Shown: positions 56,633-64,000 of the stretch, one piece after another
How the letters are laid out: each line of letters starts with the position of its first letter
How positions within the stretch are numbered: position 1 is the first letter of the stretch
Origin: Methanomicrobia archaeon
GTDB taxonomy: Archaea > Halobacteriota > Bog-38 > Methanoflorentales > Methanoflorentaceae
Assembly: GCA_015660915.1 (NCBI GenBank)
Contig: JACTTZ010000003.1
Coordinates: forward strand, 4,479 to 68,478
Length of the DNA: 64,000 bases
Reading direction: 5' to 3'
Notes under the pieces: generated by a model
The model's database searches: none
What the model saw: only the letters and a program-made list of their open reading frames with translations
Told to the model about the DNA's origin: nothing
Program-made: the position numbers and the translations under genes

Positions 56633-57746
56633 AGGCTTAAGGCAACGGCTCAGTCAATTTAGAGAGAGCGTTAGCACTAAAGAACGCGAGCTTGATAATG
56701 AGGGAATCGAAGCCACTGCGAGTGAAGCACCGCCTTCTGATACAACTTTAAGAGAGCCCTCGCGCGAACCTGAAGCACCAAAAGCAACAAGCGCTGAGCC
56801 TGTTCAACCTGCTTCTAAATCTGCCGAAGAGCTGACGCAGCGCATTGAACCAAATGATGGCAAAAAGTCCAAAAGCGGCAAGTCCTTTTTTGAACGAGAA
56901 ATCAAAGATAAAGACCTTGAAGAGTCTCTTTGGGACCTTGAGATTGCCCTCCTTGAAAGCGATGTCGCTGTATCGGTCTCTGAAGAGATCATTGAGAATG
57001 TAAAAAAAGAGCTGGTCGGTACAAAAAGAAAATGGCGCCAAGACATCGGTGCTCTCGTCGAACAGGCGCTTCGCAACGGAATCTTACAGGTGCTCGATGT
57101 CAATGGCCTCGATTTCGATGAAATCATTAAAAACACTCCAAAACCTATCACCATTGTATTCACCGGAATAAATGGAACAGGGAAGACCACAACCATCGCA
57201 AAAGTGGCATACCGCCTCAAAAATCAGGGCTATAGCGTCGTGCTCGCTGCAGGGGACACGTATCGGGCCGGGGCTCTTGAACAGATTGAGCGCCACGCCG
57301 AGAGATTAGGAGTGAAGCTCGTCAAACACCAACAGGGCGCTGACCCTGCCGCAGTAATCTATGATGCCGTGCAGTATGCGCGAGCGAAACATAAGGACGT
57401 CGTCCTCGCAGATACCGCCGGGAGGATCCACACTAACGTCAACCTGATGAATCAGCTCAAAAAAATTGAGCGAGTCATAGACGCAGATTTAGTGGTCTTT
57501 GTCGACGAAGCGCTCGCGGGCAACGACGCCGTAGAGCGTGCTCTCCAGTTCAATACGGCAATGGCCATCGATGGATCGATTCTTACTAAGGTGGATGCCG
57601 ATTCGAAAGGGGGCACCGCCATCTCGATAGCGCACACAACGAGCAAGCCAATCCTGTTTTTGGGCATAGGACAGAATTACGAAGACATCGTCAAGTTTGA
57701 CCCCCAGTGGCTTTTGACTAGACTGTTCGACGAGGCGGACACGTAA
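56625..57746 (+). CDS. ftsY: SRP receptor FtsY
   Basis: GINGTGKTTT, DTYRAGA, DTAGR, TKVD. Confidence 0.96.
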   Translation: MFEGLRQRLSQFRESVSTKERELDNEGIEATASEAPPSDTTLREPSREPEAPKATSAEPVQPASKSAEELTQRIEPNDGKKSKSGKSFFEREIKDKDLEESLWDLEIALLESDVAVSVSEEIIENVKKELVGTKRKWRQDIGALVEQALRNGILQVLDVNGLDFDEIIKNTPKPITIVFTGINGTGKTTTIAKVAYRLKNQGYSVVLAAGDTYRAGALEQIERHAERLGVKLVKHQQGADPAAVIYDAVQYARAKHKDVVLADTAGRIHTNVNLMNQLKKIERVIDADLVVFVDEALAGNDAVERALQFNTAMAIDGSILTKVDADSKGGTAISIAHTTSKPILFLGIGQNYEDIVKFDPQWLLTRLFDEADT

Positions 57747-59066
57747 ATGGTAATGGAGAACTTAGGCAGCTCGCTTCGCGACACGCTCAAGAAACTAGCT
57801 CGAGCTAATCGCATCGACGAAAAAACGCTCAATGAAGTCGTAAAGGATATTCAACGTGCGCTCCTCAGCGCTGACGTCAACGTCGCTCTCGTGCAGCAGC
57901 TGTCGAAGCGCATTAAAGAAAGAGCGTTGAAGGAGGAGCTCTCGGGGAAACTGAACCCTCGTCAACACGTCATCAACATAGTATACCAAGAGCTTGTTGC
58001 GCTCCTTGGTGAGCCGATAACGGTACCACTCACCCGTCACACCGTGATCTTGGTCGGGCTTCAGGGCAGCGGCAAGACGACGACTACGGTGAAGCTTGCG
58101 CGATTTTTTCAGAAAAAGGGCTTGAAAGCCGCGGTCATCTGCGCTGACACCTTCCGCCCGGGGGCGTATGACCAGCTCTCACAGCTGTGTGAGCGGATCG
58201 ACGTCGCTTTTTACGGCGAATCAGAGAACACCAACGCGGTCGAAATAACGGCCCACGGCATCGCTGAGCTCAAACGCCACGACGTTATCCTCGTCGATAC
58301 AGCGGGACGCCACGCACTCGAATCAGACCTCGTTCTCGAGATGAAGGCCATCAACGACATAGCGAACGCTGACCAGCGCTTCCTGGTGCTCGACTCTGGC
58401 ATAGGTCAGCAGGCGAGCGAGCAAGCGCGAGCGTTTAACGCAGCGATCGGCTTAACAGGCGTCATTGTGACGAAGCTCGATGGAACAGCGAAAGGAGGTG
58501 GCGCACTTTCAGCAGTTGCGGAGGTTGGAACAGGCATAGCGTTCATCGGCACGGGCGAAACCATAGATGACTTCGAAAAGTTCGAACCGGACCGATTCAT
58601 CTCTCGGCTGCTCGGAATGGGGGATATTAAGACCTTGGTCGAAATGATCGAAGAAGAACCTCCCATCGAGACAGAAGAAGCAGAGGCGATGCTCAAAGGC
58701 GATTTTACGCTGAAAGATATGTACAAACAAATGAAAGCGATTAGTAAGATGGGTCCCCTCACTAAAATCGTCCAAATGCTTCCGCTTGGATCACTCGGTG
58801 TCGATATCCCCGACACTGCGCTTCAATCGACGAAAGAAACGCTAGACCATTTTAAAGTAGTCATGGATTCGATGACTGATGAAGAGCTCGAACATCCGCG
58901 CATTATTCGCAGTTCACGCATCAAGCGGATCGCGCGCGGCTCGGGCGTCCCTTCTGATAACGTGCGTGAGCTCCTAAAATATCACAAAATGATGCAGAGA
59001 ACGTTGAAAGGCGTTCGCTCGCAAAAAGACATGCAAAAGTTCTTGAGGAAACAAGGGCTCAAGTGA
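57747..59066 (+). CDS. srp54: Signal recognition particle protein SRP54
   Basis: GLQGSGKTTT, DTAGRH, TKLD, M-domain RIARGSG. Confidence 0.97.
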   Translation: MVMENLGSSLRDTLKKLARANRIDEKTLNEVVKDIQRALLSADVNVALVQQLSKRIKERALKEELSGKLNPRQHVINIVYQELVALLGEPITVPLTRHTVILVGLQGSGKTTTTVKLARFFQKKGLKAAVICADTFRPGAYDQLSQLCERIDVAFYGESENTNAVEITAHGIAELKRHDVILVDTAGRHALESDLVLEMKAINDIANADQRFLVLDSGIGQQASEQARAFNAAIGLTGVIVTKLDGTAKGGGALSAVAEVGTGIAFIGTGETIDDFEKFEPDRFISRLLGMGDIKTLVEMIEEEPPIETEEAEAMLKGDFTLKDMYKQMKAISKMGPLTKIVQMLPLGSLGVDIPDTALQSTKETLDHFKVVMDSMTDEELEHPRIIRSSRIKRIARGSGVPSDNVRELLKYHKMMQRTLKGVRSQKDMQKFLRKQGLK

Positions 59067-59089
59067 CAAAATGTGTGGAGATGCGAACA

Positions 59090-59230
59090 TCAGAGAAGTT
59101 GAAGCAATTCGGTTTTTCGCTTTTCATAGGCCTCGCTAGTGATAAAACCTTTCTCACGTAACACATCGAGCTTTTCTATTTGCTCGATTATGTCCTCTTT
59201 CATGCTTTGATGCTTCTCTTCGTTAGCCAT
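59090..59230 (-). CDS. SHOCT-domain microprotein (46 aa, not in ORF track)
   Basis: IIEQIEKLDVLREKGFITSEAYEKRKTELL. Confidence 0.8.
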   Translation of the reverse strand: MANEEKHQSMKEDIIEQIEKLDVLREKGFITSEAYEKRKTELLQLL

Positions 59231-59372
59231 CGTGTTTCGGATAGCCTTTATGAACGATAAACTTTATGTATTTTCACACGTAATAATATATTCTTTTTTG
59301 CTTGCACCCTTCACGTAGACGTTAACCCAAGAAGTGGTACACGCGTAGCGTGTAAAAGCAGTACTTTGAACA

Positions 59373-59468
59373 AGCCGCCGGAGGGATTTGAACCCTCGAT
59401 CTGCTGATACTTCTTTGAGCGGTGCTCAAATACGAATCAGCCGCTATGCCGAGCTTAGCCACGGCGGC
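59373..59468 (-). tRNA. tRNA-Thr(CGT) with 22-nt intron at 37/38
   Basis: GCCGCCG..GCTGA TTCGTA[TTTGAGCACCGCTCAAAGAAGT]A TCAGC..GAGGG TTCAAAT CCCTC CGGCGGC T. Confidence 0.9.
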
Positions 59469-59887
59469 CACGCATAGTATGTTTAGACATATATAAATGC
59501 TTTACACGTTCAGCTGGACAAACTCTCGATAGCGGGTTCACATTAAGACCGAGCACGAGAAAAAGATGGCTCGCGCGCTACAGCTGATACGCCCCTGCAG
59601 CTTGCTTAGCAAACAGCGCTCCTACGCACCCAGTTTCATGAACCCTTAATCCTGAAATAGGAAGGAGAGACGTTGATAACCGCAACGTCAATCTGGCACC
59701 AGCTGACGCATAACCGCAGGCCGCTCATAACCCCCACAAAATCTCGGGCTATCCAAAACTATTATGGAAAACGTTAACTGTATTACCTGACTGTGTCGCT
59801 CTTGTCACGGCGAACCTCATAACCACCTAGCGGTTCTTGAAATAGACGTGCGACGCCACCAAGACAACCTCGTTGTTTTGCATACAG

Positions 59888-61111
59888 ATGACGAATCAAA
59901 GCGCGATGAAGACAATCGATTCCATCTTAGTCCGATACGGCGAAATTGGGATCAAAAGCGACAGAGTTAGGAGCCGCTATGAGCACACGCTCGTTAACAA
60001 CATAGAAAAAGCATTAGACTTTTGCGAAATTCCGCATGATGCTGTTGTTAGAGATTTTGGCCGCATTTTTGTCCATACGCAACACGCGGCAGCAGCTCCG
60101 GCGGTAGCACGTGTTTTTGGGGTGGTCTCAGTTAGCCCCGTCCAGACGAGCATAGCGACGTTAGACGCTATGAAAGACGCAGCCTTGCGAATCATATCGC
60201 CGCTGCTTACGGGGGAAAAATCCTTTGGAATTCGGCCACGTCGAACAGGAACGCACGACTACACTAGTAAAGACATTGGCGTCACTGTCGGACGCGCGAT
60301 TGAAAAAGCCACAGGCGCACCCGTGCGGTTGACAAAACCAGATGTCCCGTTATTTATCGAAGTTAGGGCGGAGCGCGCTTATATCTACACAGAGGTTATC
60401 CGCGGAGTCGGAGGCCTGCCGCTCGGAACCCAAGGAAAAGTGGTCGCCCTCATCTCAGGTGGTATCGATTCACCAGTCGCAGCGTGGCTCATGATGAAGC
60501 GCGGTTGCACGATCGTCCCTTTGTTTTTTGACTGTGAGCCCTACACAAGCGACGCCGGACGCGAGCGGGCACTGGGTGTTGTCAAAGCACTCGCGGTGTG
60601 GGCGGGACGCCCGTTAGATCTCGCTATAGTGCAACACGGCGGTAGTTTAGGTCAGTTTAGGAAGCTGGCCCCACGAGCAACCTGCATACTTTGCAAACGC
60701 ATGATGTATAGGATCGCCGCATCGATCGCGAAAGCAACTAGAGCGCACGGTATTGTGACTGGAGAGAGCATTGGACAGGTTGCAAGCCAAACGACCCAAA
60801 ATCTCTTAGCAATCGACCAAGCTTCCGATGCCCCCGTTTACCGTCCACTTATAGGCCTCGATAAGACGGAAAGCATTAAGTTGGCGCGACGTATCGGAAC
60901 ATACCCTTTGTCGACGGCTGGTCATCCTGCAGTTTGCGGGGCTGCGCACCGACACCCGACTACTAATGCGGATCTTGCCGAACTGAAGGCATTAGAGACA
61001 CAACTACCGCTACGCGAACTGACCGCCGCGGCATCAAAAAGCCTCACTTGGCAACGTATCTTCCCCGAAAAGTCATTTCGATGGGTTTTGTGCCCCGAGC
61101 GAAAAGCGTAG
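59888..61111 (+). CDS. thiI: tRNA 4-thiouridine synthase ThiI
   Basis: RYGEIGIK, THUMP, GGLPLG, SGGIDSPVA, CILCKR, GESIGQVASQT; start may be 59906. Confidence 0.95.
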   Translation: MTNQSAMKTIDSILVRYGEIGIKSDRVRSRYEHTLVNNIEKALDFCEIPHDAVVRDFGRIFVHTQHAAAAPAVARVFGVVSVSPVQTSIATLDAMKDAALRIISPLLTGEKSFGIRPRRTGTHDYTSKDIGVTVGRAIEKATGAPVRLTKPDVPLFIEVRAERAYIYTEVIRGVGGLPLGTQGKVVALISGGIDSPVAAWLMMKRGCTIVPLFFDCEPYTSDAGRERALGVVKALAVWAGRPLDLAIVQHGGSLGQFRKLAPRATCILCKRMMYRIAASIAKATRAHGIVTGESIGQVASQTTQNLLAIDQASDAPVYRPLIGLDKTESIKLARRIGTYPLSTAGHPAVCGAAHRHPTTNADLAELKALETQLPLRELTAAASKSLTWQRIFPEKSFRWVLCPERKA

Positions 61112-61203
61112 TGGCCTAACGCGTCTCGTTGCGCCTAAGCTGCTATTTGCGACCTTCTTGCGTTTCATTGAGCGCTCACACACGGCAATGTGCGCTGCGT
61201 TTT

Positions 61204-61491
61204 TCATTTTGAAAGATCGGTCCAACTTTGCGTGACTTCGTCGAACGCCCTCTGCAGGTATTTCTCTTGTAATAAGCGGTCGACATCCGCCTCGAGCAGG
61301 TTTGCGATTGAAAGCGCGCAAAATATGACGTCAACAACCTCTTCTGTGGCAGTCGCTTCCTGACGTCGTACCGCAGTCGCAAGCTCGCCACATTCTTCTA
61401 AGAGGACCGAAAGAAGAAAGAGTGGACCCGACGCCCTGTCGATCGTGCCGTACCTGACCTTGATTTGCTCCTGTATGTCTGCAAGATCCAT
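61204..61491 (-). CDS. MazG-like nucleotide pyrophosphohydrolase
   Basis: EECGELA..EEVVD..SIAN..KY. Confidence 0.88.
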   Translation of the reverse strand: MDLADIQEQIKVRYGTIDRASGPLFLLSVLLEECGELATAVRRQEATATEEVVDVIFCALSIANLLEADVDRLLQEKYLQRAFDEVTQSWTDLSK

Positions 61492-61492
61492 C

Positions 61493-61699
61493 TTAACTTC
61501 GCGATGCGGCCAAGCGGACGTCATCGACGCGAATCGTTTTCCTTCCAGCGTGCTGTGCCAATATCAAAGCGCGTTCAGTCAAATCAATTACGTAGTTTTC
61601 CATAACGTTAGCAAGGGCTTCCGCTGCCTCTTGGCTTACCCGTTCCGCGCCCGCCTTTCGGATAATTCTGTCAACGGGAGCGATAGGTAGTTCAGTCAT
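61493..61699 (-). CDS. Archaeal histone (HMf family)
   Basis: ELPIAPVDRIIRKAGAERVS..HAGRKTI..DV.LA. Confidence 0.96.
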   Translation of the reverse strand: MTELPIAPVDRIIRKAGAERVSQEAAEALANVMENYVIDLTERALILAQHAGRKTIRVDDVRLAASRS

Positions 61700-61762
61700 T
61701 TTGGCCTCCTAACTTTTTTTTTGCTTCCAGTTTAGCACGCGAGCGTCATTGTGCTCCTTTCG

Positions 61763-62257
61763 CTACTTGAAGCTAGTATACTGCCAATCCCACGGCTGTC
61801 CACAACGCTGATCCTGCGCACTTCCATTTATGAGTGCGGGACACACGGTGGGATCGTTCCAAGGGCGCCGCTCCTCGTCAGGTGCCGCGTAGTCGTAGAG
61901 CTTGTTAACGAAGTATACCAGATATGCTCGCTGTTCGCCGAGGACTTTGAATCCGTGCCAATACTGCCCGGGAATACGTACTGATTGTGAAACGTCGCTG
62001 GTGAGAATGATCTCGTTTAGTTCTGCAGTAGTATCGTCAAATGCACAAAGCTTAATCGCACCGTGCAAAATGACGAATTGGTCGGTCTGTCCCCGAGTAT
62101 GCCGATGCCACGCCCGGACGACGCCGGGGTAGGTGATGGAGAAATTGCATTGCTGCAGTGAATCATCGCCTATCCAATCTTGCCTGACTAGTTCTGTGAA
62201 GAATCCTCGCTCGTCTGCGTGTTTGATGAGTGGTCTCGTCTCAACCCCTCGAAGCAT
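61763..62257 (-). CDS. rfbC: dTDP-4-dehydrorhamnose 3,5-epimerase family
   Basis: DERGFF.E, PGVVRAWH.H, IP..WHGF, WND. Confidence 0.8.
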   Translation of the reverse strand: MLRGVETRPLIKHADERGFFTELVRQDWIGDDSLQQCNFSITYPGVVRAWHRHTRGQTDQFVILHGAIKLCAFDDTTAELNEIILTSDVSQSVRIPGQYWHGFKVLGEQRAYLVYFVNKLYDYAAPDEERRPWNDPTVCPALINGSAQDQRCGQPWDWQYTSFK

Positions 62258-62325
62258 AACTGAACTCTGCGCTCCTAGTTTAACTTGTTTGCGTTATGGC
62301 GCCGCGTATCTTCAATCGCAGGGCG

Positions 62326-63288
62326 CTACGTCAAGGCTCGTCCGAACAGCAGCACGACCGCGAGTATGAAGGTGAACATCGATGTGAAGAGCATGACGTT
62401 TACCGCGCGCCTGACGGTGGCCCTAGTGGTATCTTCTTTGCCTTCGCCAATTTCGTAGCTTGAAGGCTTAGTCAGCGTCACGCCTAAGCCTCCTGCGAAT
62501 AGGGCAACCGGGATCCCCGAGTTGATCGCGCGCTTCTTATGTCGGTCCCGTTTTAATACTGACCACGCCAAACTGCAGGCCGTTTTGCCTGACATCACGC
62601 GAAACCCGAGCAGCATGGGAATAACTGCGAGGCGAGTCGGAAGGTAGTTGAGGAAGTCGTCCAGTCGGGCTGAAAACAGCCCTGCGTGCTCCCTATTATC
62701 TCTATAGCCAAGCATTGAATCGAGCGTGTTCACGGCACGATAACATAGGGCGCCGACGACGCCAAAAACGGCAAAGAACAGGAGAGGAGAAACGACGCTG
62801 TCAACGGTGTTCTCCGCGACTGATTCACATACGCTCGAAAGGATACGCTCGCGATTGAGACCCTCTCTGTCCCGGCTGACGAGTGCTCGCAGTCGGAAGC
62901 GAGCCGCCTCGATGTCTGTGTAAGCCAGATCCGTCACGCAGAGGGCTTCTTTTTGCAGCGTAAATATAGTGAAGGAGGCCTTGAGCAGGTAAGCACTCAG
63001 CCCAACGTAAAGCAGCAGTAAAGCACTGTTTGCGCTTGCGATGCGATAGCCGAGCAATTGAAAAAGCGCCACAGGCACGGCAAAACTAACAATCACGACT
63101 GCGGCTGCTGCCGTTCCCTTAAGTCTTTGAGTGCGTTCGGTTCCCTTATACAGACCTTTCTCGAGTGCTGCAACGATTCGCCCCATCCAGACGACAGGAT
63201 GGACTTTTGCGGGAGGTTCGCCGACAAATGCGTCAAGCGCCAAGGCAACAAAAAGGATCGAGATCTGGACTAGAAGCCAAGAAAGCAT
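62326..63288 (-). CDS. cobD: Adenosylcobinamide-phosphate synthase CobD/CbiB
   Basis: GEP..HPVVWMG, ESVAEN.VD, YRAVNTLDSMLGY, NSG. Confidence 0.95.
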   Translation of the reverse strand: MLSWLLVQISILFVALALDAFVGEPPAKVHPVVWMGRIVAALEKGLYKGTERTQRLKGTAAAAVVIVSFAVPVALFQLLGYRIASANSALLLLYVGLSAYLLKASFTIFTLQKEALCVTDLAYTDIEAARFRLRALVSRDREGLNRERILSSVCESVAENTVDSVVSPLLFFAVFGVVGALCYRAVNTLDSMLGYRDNREHAGLFSARLDDFLNYLPTRLAVIPMLLGFRVMSGKTACSLAWSVLKRDRHKKRAINSGIPVALFAGGLGVTLTKPSSYEIGEGKEDTTRATVRRAVNVMLFTSMFTFILAVVLLFGRALT

Positions 63289-63291
63289 TTC

Positions 63292-63999
63292 TCACAATCC
63301 AATGATTGAATACAGCGCTTCCATGTCGACGTGTTGCTGCACTACCCGAGCCAACTCATTAAAGGGATCCCCATCGTAATCGGAGTGCGGAGCACGTTGC
63401 GAAGTCGTTGAGAGCGAGAGCGCCTTATGGCGCACGTGTTGTCGCCGCTGCGAATGTCTTGAGTGCAGATATTCATACAAAACTGAGCGAAAATTGTCGT
63501 TGTGGAACAAGCCGTGCAAGTAGGTGCCCAAAACGAGGCCTTTTTCATCCTGCGCCCCATCATCACTGAATATCGGGAAAGCACTTGTAGTGGTACCCAT
63601 ATGAATTTCGTATCCTCGTATCGTATTGTTTCGCAAGCGGTCGAGCAGTGGCCCGTTTCCTGTAACGTATTTTTCCACCTGTTTCGTCTCTTTCCTACGC
63701 GAGTTAAAAACGGTATGGACGTGCAGCAGCCGTAACCCTTCTATCGCTTTGCTTTCGTTTTTCGTGCCCTCAAAGCCCTCATCAGTTATAGTCTCACCGA
63801 GCATCTGAAATCCACCACAGATGCCAATGATCGGGATTGTTCCCGCACTCGCTAAGATCTGCTTATCCATCCCCGACCGGCGCACTGCGGCCAAATCGTC
63901 AATGGTGTTTTTTGTGCCGGGAATAATCAACGCGTCTGGAGAACCAAGATCGCCGTCTAGCGAGACATATCGGATTTGGGCAATGGCTTCGAGGGGTTC
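63292..63999 (-). CDS. cobQ: Cobyric acid synthase CobQ/CbiP, C-terminal part (runs off window)
   Basis: IIPGTK, GICGGFQMLG, GYEIHMG, GTYLHGLF. Confidence 0.93.
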   Translation of the reverse strand, partial: EPLEAIAQIRYVSLDGDLGSPDALIIPGTKNTIDDLAAVRRSGMDKQILASAGTIPIIGICGGFQMLGETITDEGFEGTKNESKAIEGLRLLHVHTVFNSRRKETKQVEKYVTGNGPLLDRLRNNTIRGYEIHMGTTTSAFPIFSDDGAQDEKGLVLGTYLHGLFHNDNFRSVLYEYLHSRHSQRRQHVRHKALSLSTTSQRAPHSDYDGDPFNELARVVQQHVDMEALYSIIGL

Positions 64000-64000
64000 A

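Overview
Archaeal chromosome segment, by inference from a Halobacteriota methanogen or relative (histone, aRF1, methanofuran mfnD/F/E, hem/cob, hyp and archaeal r-protein genes). It has three parts. (1) 1-22.5 kb is a composite integrated island bounded by tRNA fragments (tRNA-His 3' half at 2062-2105; tRNA-Asp 5' halves at 21269-21308 and about 22411-22450). It holds SSV1-like split tyrosine integrases, defence genes (N-truncated type IIG RM, Mrr, EVE) and a capsid-less satellite-like operon (HTH, Spo11/TopoVI-A-like TOPRIM gene inside a 56-bp direct repeat, D5 helicase, TerS-like genes). It also holds an array of up to six same-orientation integrase 3'-end remnants interleaved with unrelated cargo genes. 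(2) Housekeeping blocks at 22.5-38 kb and 51.2-64 kb carry hypCAE, prf1, argS, taw1, tetrapyrrole and methanofuran genes, a translation/SRP cluster, two intron-containing tRNAs, thiI, a histone and cobDQ. (3) 38-51 kb lies between mfnF and mfnE and encodes four TrmB-family proteins, two geranylgeranyl reductases, a divergent UbiA prenyltransferase, a SAM methyltransferase, a patatin and two small 4-Cys paralogues, a candidate isoprenoid-lipid modification cluster. All calls come from reading motifs by eye; no database search was run. No CRISPR array or rRNA was seen.
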